Source: Cirrosporium novae-zelandiae (Eukaryota). From it: a stretch of 64,000 bases of DNA. The stretch covers positions 248,001-312,000 of the forward strand of contig JAPETS010000013.1 in NCBI GenBank assembly GCA_026023565.1, written 5' to 3'. Position 1 is the first letter of the stretch. Every line of letters begins with the position of its first letter. A program made the translations under genes and the position numbers. Below are positions 24,598-37,049 of the stretch, piece after piece. Below the pieces are notes generated by a model, which saw only the letters and a list, made by a program, of their open reading frames with translations, was not told the DNA's origin and searched no databases.

Positions 24598-27575
24598 ATG
24601 GCTTCTGGTGGCTATAGCGACGAGCAACGGCTCCATGACCTACAACCTGGCACCGTGAGTAATCACTAATTGTTCTTGTGAGATATATTGCTGAGCATGA
24701 GGTAGCAATATCACCTACCCCCTCGCAACGATGGCTCTGATGACGAAGCTGAACGTTCCCTTTTACACAATCAGGGCAACGGACCTTTCAATGGACCGTT
24801 CGATGAACCCCATGCCCCTTCACAGGAACATCAAGCCTACAACTTAACAGAATCCTATTCCAATGATGGTTCTGCACCTCCATACAGTAAAACGGCCTAC
24901 TCAGGTAGTACGCTCGAGAACCCAACAGTTACGTTTGGTGTGCCTGGACGAACTCCATCTCCGTACGAGAGAAGTGAAACAAGCTCTACCGAAGCCTGGA
25001 GGCAACGACAAGCACCGAGAGGAAATGGCTTGAATCGTTACGCTACAAGAAAGGTCAAACTTGTGCAAGGATCGGTTCTTAGTGTTGATTATCCAGTCCC
25101 TAGTGCGATTCAAAACGCTATTCAAGCAAAATACAGAAATGATGTTGAGGGTGGAACTGAAGAGTTTACTCACATGAGATGTATGGCAAACACCTCTCCA
25201 AACCTCAAAGCATTGCTAATGTTGTTACAGATACCGCTGCTACCTGCGACCCGAATGACTTCACGCTTAAGAATGGCTATAATTTACGTCCGGCCATGTA
25301 TAATCGACATACAGAGCTACTCATTGCGATTACCTATTACAATGAAGACAAGACCCTGACATCCCGAACCCTCCATGGTGTCATGCAAAACATTAGAGAG
25401 ATTGTCAATTTGAAGCGGTCTGAATTTTGGAATAAGGGCGGTCCTGCTTGGCAGAAGATTGTGGTCTGCCTGGTTTTCGATGGTATTGATCCATGCGACA
25501 AAGATACACTGGATGTTCTTGCGACAGTTGGAATCTATCAAGATGGAGTGATGAAAAAAGATGTTGATGGAAAAGAAACGGTTGCGCATATTTTTGAATA
25601 CACTACCCAACTTTCGGTTACTCCCACTCAACAACTTATTCAACCAATTGACGATGGTCCTACTACCCTGCCGCCCGTCCAAATGATGTTCTGTTTGAAG
25701 CAGAAAAATGGCAAGAAAATCAACTCGCATCGTTGGTTATTCAATGCGTTTGGTCGCATTCTGAATCCCGAAGTCTGCATTCTTCTTGATGCTGGTACCA
25801 AACCAGGTCCGAAATCTCTTCTGGCACTTTGGGAAGCGTTCTACAATGATAAGAATCTTGGAGGCGCTTGCGGCGAAATTCATGCCATGTTGGGTCGAGG
25901 GTGGAAGAACTTGCTCAATCCTCTTATCGCTGCCCAGAATTTCGAATACAAGATCAGTAATATCCTTGACAAACCGCTAGAGAGCTCTTTCGGATACGTC
26001 AGTGTGCTTCCAGGTGCCTTCTCCGCATACAGGTTTAGGGCTATCATGGGCCGGCCGTTGGAACAATATTTCCATGGTGATCATACTCTGTCCAAACAAC
26101 TTGGTAAAAAGGGTATTGAAGGCATGAATATTTTCAAAAAGAACATGTTCTTGGCCGAAGATCGAATTCTCTGTTTCGAACTTGTCGCCAAGGCAGGGTC
26201 AAGATGGCATCTGACCTACATAAAGGCCTCGAAGGGTGAAACTGATGTGCCTGAGGGTGCCCCGGAATTTATTTCCCAGCGGCGACGATGGCTTAATGGA
26301 TCTTTCGCTGCCGGTATTTATTCCTTGATACATTTCTCTAGAATGTATAGGAGTAGTCATAATCTTGTTCGAATGTTTTTCTTGCACGTCCAAATGTTCT
26401 ACAATGTAGTCATGAACATTATTACCTGGTTCTGTCTTGGTAAGTATCATTGCTGATGCCTTTCAACTGCAAAACTGACTCCTTTCTTAGGTTCTTACTG
26501 GTTGACAACAAGTGTTATCATGGATCTTGTTGGAACTCCGTCGTCAAGTAATGGTAATACGGCATGGCCATTTGGGAAAACGGGTTCGCCAATCGTCAAT
26601 ACGGTATTGAAGTACATCTATCTGGCCTGTGTTGTACTTCAATTTGTACTTGCACTTGGAAATCGACCTAAAGGGTAAGTTAGCATTCCCGGAACTCAAG
26701 ATTTACATGCTAATCGTTCTACCTTAGGTCCAAGTATACATACATCACATCCTTTGTCGTATTTGCTTGCATCCAACTTTACATTACCATGTTGTCAATA
26801 TACCTAGTTTGGAAAGCTTTCAGCGGCAACAGTACAGGCACAGAAGAGATTGACCTGGATGATGGCATGGGTCAGTTTTTGAAGACGTTCTTTTCGACCA
26901 GTAGTTCAGGTGTCATCATCATTGCTCTCGCTGCAACCTTTGGCCTATACTTCGTCGCTTCTTTCATGTACATGGATCCATGGCACATGTTCACTTCATT
27001 CCCTCAATATCTTCTGCTAATGTCGTCGTATACGAATATCCTTAATGTTTATGCCTTTTGCAATTGGCATGATGTGTCATGGGGTACCAAAGGCTCAGAC
27101 AAAGCGGATGCTTTACCTTCTGCACAGACCAAGCAGGGTGGTGACGGCAAAGCTAAGGTTATCGAAGAACCTGATAAACCCCAGGCCGATATCGACAGTC
27201 AATTTGAGCAAACGGTTAAGCGGGCGTTGACACCATACGTCGCGAAGGAGGAAATAGAGAAGAAGACATTAGAAGATTCCTACAAGAGTTTCCGAACCAA
27301 ACTCGTACTCTTTTGGATCTTTTCGAATTGTATTTTGGCTGTTGTCATTACCAGCGACAGCTTTGACCAGTTTGGATTTTCTGTAAGTGATCAGATTACT
27401 CTCCAAAAAAGCCTCAAGATGCTAACTTTTTGATCAGAGCAGCTCCACCCAACGAACTGCGAAGTTCTTCCAGGCTTTGCTGTACACGAATGCGTTCCTT
27501 GCATTAGTTCGATTCATCGGCTGCTGCTGGTTCTTGGGCAAGACGGGTATTCTAGCCTGCTTCAAGCGTCGGTAA
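24598..27575 (+). CDS. Class III chitin synthase (ChsB/ChsG-like)
   Basis: ATG at 24598; [65 protein letters not shown]; ends [13 protein letters not shown] introns at ~24655, ~25181, ~26440, ~26674, ~27383. Confidence 0.95.
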
Positions 27576-27921
27576 AACGAAGCGCGAATATACGTGGTAT
27601 GAATGCTGTATGTGCACGGGGGAGAAGACATAGAAACTTCGACATTGTTTGGCAGGACCGCAATGTCCATTTTATGGCGTCACAAACTTCGAGCCTATTA
27701 GGAATGAACAAAAACGGTCTTGTGATTTCGGAGGTTTTCTTTTAATGTGTTTTTTGTTCATTAAGCTCTTACTCTAGTATAAGAGAGGAGCAACTTTAAA
27801 TCGCTTACTTCCCATGCCCACCCCTCCAAGCTTCTATATGGATATAGCTGCTTGGCTTTTTTACTTTTTTTTTATTATCTTGAAACGCTTTTAGGATTGT
27901 AAAATGAAATCAGAAACTTCT

Positions 27922-27923
<2 letters not shown>

Positions 27924-27953
<30 letters not shown>
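27924..27953. repeat. (CA)n microsatellite
   Basis: About 14 dinucleotide units. Confidence 0.9.
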
Positions 27954-27955
<2 letters not shown>

Positions 27956-28104
27956 AAAATTTAACGAATTCTCTCTCTCTCTTAAATCTAATTATTAAAT
28001 TGGTTCAAAGCCAAATGTGTAAATAAATATATGTCTAGGTTAGGTTAGGCTAGGAATGAAAAGGTGGGTTTGGGTTGGGTTGGGTTATAACCATGCATGC
28101 ATGC

Positions 28105-28132
28105 TGTGTGTGTGTGTGTGTGTGTGTGTGTG
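28105..28132. repeat. (TG)n microsatellite
   Basis: About 14 dinucleotide units. Confidence 0.9.
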
Positions 28133-28494
28133 GAAATTCTTATAAACCCAAACCCTCTCTAGCTGGCTATGGGTATTATTCAAGTAAGAAGAGATATTAA
28201 AGATGGATTGGGGTTGAGGGATGGGAACTGTTGGTATAGATAGATAGATGGGTTTAACCTTTTATGTCCTTTATATATAATTAATATATAATCATATCAC
28301 AAAAAATCCTCACCCTTATTCCCATTCCCATTCCTATTCATATCCCCCCCCCCCCCCTTCCCCCAGGGCCACTCTTTATGATGATTATTTTTATTTTATT
28401 TTTTTATTTTATACAGGGTCAACTTCCATTATCAATCCCAGGGTTGGCGTCCCCCGCCTTCACCGAGGTGCCATTTTACAAGTTTTCATTTTTA

Positions 28495-30528
28495 CTACTT
28501 AGCCAAGAACCCCTGAAAGGCCTTCTGATCAATAACAACATTCCCCACAGCTCTCAACTTCTTCCTGCCTTCCTTTTGCTTCTCCAGGAGTTTTCTCCTA
28601 CGCGAGACATCACTCGCATGCAGCTTCTGCAGCACATCCTTCCGGAACGGTTTGATCGTCTCGCGGGCGACTATTCTCCCGCCCGCGGCGGCCTGGATCA
28701 CCACCTCGAACATCTGCCGATCAACATGCTGTTTGAATTTCTTGACCCACTGTTTTCCGAGCCGTTCGACCTGGCTCCTGTGCACGACGCGCACGACGGC
28801 ATCGACGGGTTCTTTGTTGACGAGGAGCTGGAGCTTAAGGATGTCGCTGCGGCGCCAACCCGAGTCTTCGTAGTCGAGGCTTGCGTAGCCCTTTGTGGCG
28901 CCTTTGAGCTTGCCGAAGAAGTCGTCGACTAGTTGGGCGAGGGGCAGGTCGTATTTGAGGATTACTTGGGTGGCGGTGAAGAAGTGGAGGTCTTTTTGGA
29001 TGCCGCGGTTTGCTTCGCAGAGTTCGATTACTTTTCCGAGGTATTCTTCGGGGAGGGCGATTGTTGCATGGACGTACGGCTCGTGGAGTTCTTGGACTTT
29101 TTGTCGGTTTAGGTCTTGCTCTGGGAACAGTGCGGGGTTTTGATACACTGTTTCCTTACCATCGCGCCATATGACTTTGAAGGGGACGGTTGGAGGGGTG
29201 ATTATGATGCTCGCGCCATGCTCCTGACGGAGTCGATCCTCGAAGACGGAGCAGTGCAGTGTGCCGAGGAAACCAAGGCGCCAGCCAGCTCCCAGGGCTT
29301 CGGATGATTCCTTATGGACCGTTACACTTCGATCGTTGAGAACAGTCTGATTAATACTGTCTTCAAGATGTTGGTAATCGCTTTGATCGGTGGGAAAAGC
29401 GGCAACAAAAACCATTGCCTTTGGGTCCTCGAATCCCGGTAGGGCTTTCACAACCTTCTCGGACCCAACGGTTGTATATGTATCGCCAATCTTCGCCTCT
29501 TGGCTTCGTTTCATTCCGGGATTGAAATGGATGTAGCCCACTTGCCCTGCACGAAGGACATTTTGAGGCGTTTGATCGGGATACATAATACCAACTTCTC
29601 CCACATAGTATTTGAGGCCTGTTACAAAGGAAATGAGCTGATCGCCGGCTTTGACTTTCCCATCGAATATCCGTACGAGAAGAACTACACCCTTGTAGTT
29701 GTCGTACCAAGAATCGACCAGCAAGAGCCGGAGAGGTTTGCTATCATCCCCTACTGGCCTAGAATACTGTCAGGAAATTTGTAATAATATTTGATGGATT
29801 ACCTACGCTGGAACCTGCTCAATCACAGTTGGCAGCACAGCCTCGACATTCAGACCAGTTTTGGCAGACACCAAAAGAGCTTTCTTTGGATCTAATTCGA
29901 ACGTGCTTTGCATCTGTTCTAAAGCGCGATCAGGGTCAGCAGAAGGCAAATCCACTTTATTGATCACCGGTACAAGTTCTAGACCTTCGGCAAAAGCCAA
30001 GTAGAAGTTTGCAACCGTCTGCGCCTGTACACCTTGGCTAGCATCGACAAGCAACAAGGCTCCTCCGCAACTAGCATAACTTCGGGAGACTTCGGCACGA
30101 AAGTCGACATGACCAGGTGTATCCACCAGATGGAGTAGATAGTCCTCGCCCTTGTAATTGTATATCATACTACATGTTTGCGCTTTGACTGTAATACCAC
30201 GTTCCCTCTCCACGTCAAGCTTGTCTAAGATTTGCTTGTTTCCTCCCGGAGCAATTGTCCCGGTGAGTTCGAGGAGACGGTCGCTGAGCGTGCTTTTGCC
30301 ATGGTCAACATGCGCAACAATACAGAAGTTTCGAAATCGATCAAGCGGAATCGCGGAGATTCTCTTTTCAAGATCCGAAGGGGCACCTTTTGCTGCTTGG
30401 GCGTAGCAATTGGCAGTAGTTTGGAAGGCCCGGAAAGAAGCTCTAAATGTCTGCGGACGATATAGAGGACGAGCGCGACAGGCCAACAAAAAGGTAGCAG
30501 CCTTGACTCGCTGCACACATGGCTGCAT
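28495..30528 (-). CDS. GUF1: Mitochondrial translation factor GUF1/LepA (EF-4)
   Basis: Presequence-like N-terminus, [65 protein letters not shown]; one intron at ~29805-29758. Confidence 0.96.
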
Positions 30529-30803
30529 CAGTCACAGACATCAGCTATTCGAAAATAGGAGTGGAGAAATGGCGATAGTGGAAAACTCATCGACGTAATG
30601 ATGCAAGTTTTAGGAAATATTGACTTCGATTCGAAAGCTTATTGGAACGTGCGTGTAGTTTAATTTCAACCTCGGAGGAGGTGTGCGATAACCCGTTGCT
30701 TTAGCTACAGAATTCGATAACGAGTAAACACCAAGTCCACCTTGCAACTTTTATTGCCATTATTCATTCTTCCACTAGTCAAATACCACATATTATTGCC
30801 AAA

Positions 30804-31908
30804 ATGTCTAAAGCACCCTCTAGAGTATCCGAGAGAAAACGAGAAAAAGATACTTCCAAGACTCACAAGCTTACTCTGAGAGGTAATTATCTTCGTCGTT
30901 GAGAATTGTCGACTGGAAGCTGACTATGAGTAGGATCCGGGAAACTCGTTGCGGAGTTTGTAAGTCTCAGTGGGACCTCTTCCAATTTTCAATTGTGCTG
31001 ATAGCCTTCTGCATACAGTTTGAATATTCAATCCATACTATCTTGTTGGTAAACACTTCCTGAAATTAAAGGAACGAAAAGTTAATCCCAGATCCTAGGT
31101 TTCAAAGGGGTGTATATCCTGCCGAGGACTTCACAGCGTACGTTTTAGTTACTCAATACATTACCTATATGGATTATAAGTCTAATTCTTTGATAGTGTC
31201 AAGAAATATGGCCTCAACATGCTTGGTCTGCCTTGTCTTATGCGTACTACCTAATGCAGTCTGGGCTAATATATACTAGTCTCATCCGACGACCAGGTTA
31301 AAGCCTACGTTAAGAAGATCATGTCTCAACTGAATAAATGGATGCTGTATGGCAAGATCTCGAAACTCGTCATTGTTATAACAAGCAAGGAAACTGGTGA
31401 AAACGTGGAGAGATGGCAATTCGATGTAAGCTCAAATCCATCCTGCCTAGACACGTTTGTGGAATACTGATTATTATCGTGTTAGGTCCAAATCCTAAAT
31501 GCAAAGTCCTCTAAATCGAAGTCGCATAAGAAAGCCACGGATCAAGAAAACGCTACCCCAGAGCCCGCAGCCGCTCCACAAGCATCTCACGAGAAGACCG
31601 AAAAGGAAATTCAAACGGAGATTCAAGCTTTGTTCCGCCAGATTACTGCCTCTGTGACGTTCCTACCGATGCTGGATGGAAATTGTACATTCAACGTGCT
31701 TGTATACGCAGATGCAGACTCTGAAGTACCACTCGAGTGGGTGGACAGTGATGCTAGAGAGATTGAGAATGGAGAGAGGGTGCAGCTTAGGAGTTTTAGC
31801 ACGGCCAACCATCGCGTGGATACTATGGTTAGCTATAAGTATGTAGTAGAAAGCAGAGGATTTTATTGCAAGATGTGCTAATACTCTTTTCTTAGGCTTG
31901 CGGACTAA
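30804..31908 (+). CDS. MAD2: Spindle checkpoint HORMA protein Mad2
   Basis: About 8 exons: KLTLRG|SGKLVAEF|FEYSIHTIL|FQRGVYPAEDFTA|VKKYGLNML|...ERWQFD|...EIQALFRQITASVTFLP...LRSFSTANHRVDTMVSYK|LAD*. Confidence 0.93.
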
Positions 31909-32576
31909 AACTGGCCCTTGAACTTGCTAGACGATGTGTGCCCCAACGATGGGATCATCGAGTGTTATACTGCTCTCCATCGTCATGATACATCTCCTTC
32001 TCAACTCAACAGAACAACAACAATCAGGGCACAAGAAACAACAACCATTGTCTATTAAATACCACTGAATTTGAAATGGAATCTGGGCAGGACAGACAGA
32101 TTCATGATTTACGACTGGATACGGATATAGGAACATAGGCGCAAGGGGAAGTAAGTATTCTATCAGCACTTGTTACATGCTCTTCTTGTTCCCACAGCGA
32201 ATGGTAGGGGATGAAGGGATTTACAAATATGATTTACACACACCTTTTTACTTGTTAAGTTCTTAGAAGCGAAATGCTAAGTGGAGGATGTGCTGCCTTA
32301 TTAATCAGCTACTCCCCAGTTCATGAACCATTCAGGGATGAAGATGAAGCATAATTAAACAAGCTAACGAGAATGAGACCAAATGAAATAATTAGCCGGA
32401 ATAGGTTTCATATTCACCGAGCTCTTGAAGAGGCATCCAGTCTTCATGGGCCAACTTTCAAACGCAGGTAATGATAAATAATAAATACAGTACATGCTAA
32501 ACGGATACTTAGGCTACACCTTCAATAGATGTTCATATTATTATATCATTATAACCAAACAAAATTCTTCCGTTCT

Positions 32577-33092
32577 TCAACTCTCCCCCGGATCTTCAAA
32601 TGTCACAAAATTACCCATTCTGACAAAATTTCCCAGAAAACACCAATTGATATAGCCGCCATCCCCAAGCCAAGCCAAACTACCTTTGCGGAAAACTACA
32701 CATTCATAGGGAACTAGCCGTGCTTTGTTGGTTTCGACATACTTTAAACTAATCCGCTCGACTACGCCTTCTGGCGCAAAGTGGTGGTTGACAGTCGTAT
32801 GTAGCGTCGCCACATTGTATCGTTTGCCGTACCTCTGGGTATGCACATAGGACGTCAATCGTATCACCCACTGACTTCGGCTAATCGTATCCTCATCGCT
32901 GTTGGTGATGTAGCGTGGAAGTGGCCCATCGATTGGGCTAGCTGTAGGCGGAGGGGAATTTGATATTTTTCCGGAAACAACCCCGTTGTTGGAATCGGGG
33001 CTCGGCGCAGGAGGGATTGAGGATCGTTGATGGTGAGTGATGATGCTGTAAAGCAAGATTATGGCAAAAACGGCAACGTATATAGCAATCAT
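32577..33092 (-). CDS. Uncharacterised 171-aa protein: N-terminal TM/signal anchor, Pro-rich linker, C-terminal domain with GDGGYINW motif
   Basis: Intact intronless ORF; hydrophobic MIAIYVAVFAIILLYSII; ends YECVVFRKGSLAWLGDGGYINWCFLGNFVRMGNFVTF. Confidence 0.7.
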   Translation of the reverse strand: MIAIYVAVFAIILLYSIITHHQRSSIPPAPSPDSNNGVVSGKISNSPPPTASPIDGPLPRYITNSDEDTISRSQWVIRLTSYVHTQRYGKRYNVATLHTTVNHHFAPEGVVERISLKYVETNKARLVPYECVVFRKGSLAWLGDGGYINWCFLGNFVRMGNFVTFEDPGES

Positions 33093-33398
33093 GCTGCTAA
33101 GGAAGACTTTTGAATATTGTAGTTTTCCCTCAATTTGGAGGGAACCTCTGAGGTTCTTATGCGAGCATTTCTAATCACATGGCGCACCCATGTCGCAGCC
33201 TTGCACTATCTCCAATCCTTTGCACTACCTCTAATCAACCAACCACTTCGCAAAAGATGCCATCCATTTCCATGTACATGTGGAGCAGCTCTGCAAACAT
33301 GGACCTGGTCTTTATGTTTGTTGTTTGAAATATAAAAATTTACCATCAATAATTCATTGATAAGGCAAGAGACCCCTAACCATATATATATATATATC

Positions 33399-36357
33399 AT
33401 GGATCCCATTTCCGTTATTGGATTTGCCGCCAGTATCGCGTCATTGTCTGGCCTGGTCGTTGAGAGCATCCGATCGATTCATGATATTTGGGGGAAATTG
33501 CAAAATGCCGACCAAGATATCAGTCGTCTCCTTTCGGCCGTCCAGGATTTTGAGGCGATGGTGGAACTGCTTAAGAGTGAACAGGATACATGTAAGACTA
33601 AAGACAAGCAAGCAGAAAAGAGGATTGAAGGACTGTTCAGTGCACGCGTCGCGGAAATGGCGGACGATATAGCAAAATTAAACCTCTTAGCAACTGAATT
33701 GGAAAGGTCCCTTTCGAAAAAATCACTTACAGGGAAGAATTTGCGTGGACGTGTCCGCAAATATTTCTCTGATGACAAAATCGCATATTTTGAAGAGAGG
33801 CTATCTCGCCATCGACAATTCTTATTTTTCCTGTTGTTATTAAAATCGAATTCGGACCATCCGTGAGTAGATATTTTATTTTTGAACCACGTTCATTCCT
33901 CCTTGTTTGCTACAAAGACATGACCCCACTTACACCCTTACCAGAGACCAGAAACCAGATACACAATCATCTCAACTTATCAAGCCACAACAACTAGAAC
34001 CCCCGATTCTCCACCTTCATATATCGCCCGTGGTAGTTGGGCAATTGATTGAACAAGAAGCCGGCAAAAGACTCGAAACGCCCAACAGTGACTTGTGGAT
34101 GACCGAGGATCACATCTCGAAAGCTAATAAATCTGTCAGCCGAACTCAGCAAGCATCCATAGACTCTACATGGCAGACTGGAAATTCCTTAAAAAGGACG
34201 ATAGACTTCAAATGGCTAAATTTCCATTCTGCGCTTGGAGATCTTACTATCGCTGCTTCTTGCAAGCAGGGGGCTAGGAGGGTTGAATTTCTCCCTAGAC
34301 AGAGTCTGAACGAAATTGAGATAACATTATACGCATTGCCATGGCTGGCCGACTATTTGATCAAGATGTCGCTTATTCGTGAAAACGTCCAAAATGGTCT
34401 ACCAAGCTTCAAATGGTCACTATCGACAGCTTCGTATAATGCTAATCCTGCGTTAATAGCAGCCCTACGTAGTCCCACACTTTCTGCCATACAACATATT
34501 TTTTCCCAGGGCCTTGCGAGCCCGAATGATATCATCCCTCCATGGGGGCGGACTCTACTTCATGTGAGTCTATTTTTGGATCTATATCCATGATTCTGAG
34601 GATGTTTATACTCATATATTCGCAAGGAAGTTATCTTCAGCAGTCTAGCAGGAGTCCCAGGGTCTATTAGGATGTGCGAGTTCCTCATCCAAGCTGGAGC
34701 AGATCTAAATGCTAGAAGTGTGGACGGAAGGTATTCCCTCGATATCTTATTATGCTTCGTATCCATTGATGAGAACTTAGCACACCTCTACTTCTATGTT
34801 GCGAGTTAATGCATCACGAGATTCTAGAACAGCGTCTGAGACCTATCGCTAGCTTGCTTATGTCGACAGGAGCAGACCCTACTTTGCTCAATCCAAATGG
34901 CTATTCCGCTATTTCGATGATATTTGATACTATGCGAGGGCCTGACAATATTCAATCTCTCTTCTGTGCTCACATAAACCCGATTACTTTTGAAGAGACG
35001 AACCACTTAGACAGCTGGATTCTTGCTACCGTTGCGCGATCTTTCCCACAATTCCAACACCGCTTACTAAAACAATTAGAGGAATTTCGTACTCCTCAAG
35101 CGCTTTCTTCTTCGCAACGACCACCACCCTCTATAGTACAGTTGGACATTGATCACCAGGTTTCGCAGATACTTCAAGCTGATCCCGTCCCACGACAGAT
35201 ATTTATGCGACTTCTCTGTCGGAGAGGTACAGCGAAGATGTTAGATCCATTGCTTCAGCAGGGTTTGGACGTGAACGAAGGCAATGATGGCGTCATATCC
35301 TTCTTAGGTGAAGCAGCAGCAAACGGCAATAAGGAAACACTCTCTTCTCTGCTCAAAACTGGTGCTTATATCAACAGCGGTAGAAAGTATAGTGCACTAG
35401 ATGCACTTCTTGAACACTGGGGAGAACTAAGAAATGCTAAGAAGTATGAAGCTATCGAGGAAGAACGAAGCATCTTCGAACAGCTCATCGTAATCTCGGG
35501 TATTAGCTCCCCCGACGCTCTCACTAGGACTATTGCCATGCACGACCATTCCTCTACAGAACGTCTTCTTCAAGCAGGATTTGGAAGGAAGCTCGACAGT
35601 ATCCCTCGAGGCTTGTACCTGTTCTCCGGATCCGAAGTGATTGAGACAGTAAAGCATCGAAACGTTCGTGCACTCCATCTCTTGATAAAACACGGTGCCT
35701 ATCTCGAGTTTGAAGACGTCGGAGGGTATACGGCCTTGCTTCACGCACTCGATAAGGGATACCTTGAGCTTGTTCATATTCTCTTCGAAGCGAATGCAGA
35801 GCTTCAGAAACAAGCATCATCCGGTCTCATGCCGAAAGAATTCATACGAAGAAACCTTCTGGCACCTCATCCACGGACGCCGGCTCTTTTTGGCTCGTTC
35901 GCCTCTACCGATAGTATGGGACAAGTCTCCTATGAAGATGATTTAAAAGCACATAATCTACTAATGGCTAGGATAGAGGTAACCGGCAGCCTTTACTCTC
36001 GCTCATTGAGATCGTGTAAGTCGCGCGATAACTCATCATCAGGGAAGTCGCTGAATAATAATTCTTTCTCCTTTAGTGCTTCCGCTCAAACAATACTCCC
36101 GATCCATCATCGAATCAGGAAAAACATTCCCAAATACTTACACCAACTTTCAGAAGTGGTCAGCTGCTGCTGCTGAATTTACATGGTCAAAGGCCCTTTT
36201 AATTTTTTTTAGTCTGCTCGCATCGTTGCTCGGTCTGTTATTTTACAAGACGTATGAAGTTGTGTGGTTTATCGCTGTGGTACGACAGATGCCTAAACCT
36301 TCCCATGTGGCTACTATTGCTCTTTGGGGGTTTCTTTTCCTGCTTCTGTTCGGTTGA
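33399..36357 (+). CDS. HeLo-like (fungal STAND N-terminal) domain + ankyrin repeats + C-terminal TM helices
   Basis: MDPISVIGFAASIASLSGLV N-terminus; ankyrin motifs GRTLLH, FLIQAGADLNARSVDG|STPLL, GYTALLHALDKGYLELVHILFEANA; five exons join in frame (introns from 33863, ~34564, ~34731, ~36017); last exon hydrophobic. The first intron has a weak branch site. Confidence 0.75.
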
Positions 36358-36663
36358 CTATGACTATACAGAGCAAGGAGCTCTACTTAGGATAAAGATA
36401 CATGCTTCATAGTAGAACACATTGTTTTTTCATACCCCGTCACGGTCTTCTTCGATCGCAAAAACGAGAGTGTTTTCTGCCGCCAAAACATTCAAAAAAA
36501 TGCAAGTACCTGAATGGGTGTGTGAAAATGGCGGAAATGACGGAGGTGCTTGAAAAGAACTGAGTGAAAATATCGCCTGTGGGAGGCAGCAGGCAGACCC
36601 CTTCGAGTGGTATTTTTTGTAGAGGAGTCGATTTATCGATAAGGCCGTAGCGTGCCTGGAAGG

Positions 36664-36750
36664 TGTTGAGTTACGCACTTACACCATGCTTAATATAACA
36701 TACAATACTAGGATTACTCAGTAACCCAGTCACCTTTTGATAACTCAACA
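36664..36750 (+). mobile_element. 87-bp TG...CA element with 10-bp terminal inverted repeats (MITE- or mini solo-LTR-like), copy 1
   Basis: Begins TGTTGAGTTA and ends TAACTCAACA (exact reverse complements); a second, inverted copy lies nearby. Confidence 0.6.
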
Positions 36751-36954
36751 TATTAGGACGAGACAAAACACATGCTTCATAGCAGACAGAAAAAAACATT
36801 TACTTTTTTCATACCCACCCATCACAATCTTCTCCAATCACAAAGAAACGAGCTATATATTCTACCGCCAAAACCATTCAAAAAATACAAGTACCTAAAT
36901 AAGAGCGTGCGCTAAGTTCTACGCAATGGTGGAGATGGACGAAGGTGCCTTGAA

Positions 36955-37049
36955 TGTTGGAGTTATCAAAAGGGTGACTGGGTTACTTACTGAGTTACCT
37001 AGTATTGCATGTTATATCTATTAAACATGGTGTAGTGCGTAACTCAATA
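36955..37049 (-). mobile_element. Inverted, diverged copy 2 of the 87-bp element
   Basis: TGTTGGAGTTATCAAAAGGGTGACTGGGTTACT...GTGCGTAACTCAATA matches the reverse complement of 36664-36750 with small indels. Confidence 0.6.

Noticed and set aside
28036..28053. Telomere-like TTAGG repeats
   Set aside because: Only two to three imperfect units, not a TTAGGG array, and internal to a gene-dense region.
33864..33866. Premature stop making the HeLo-like gene a pseudogene
   Set aside because: The TGA lies inside a GTGAGT donor; splicing to the AAG ending at 33917 restores the frame.
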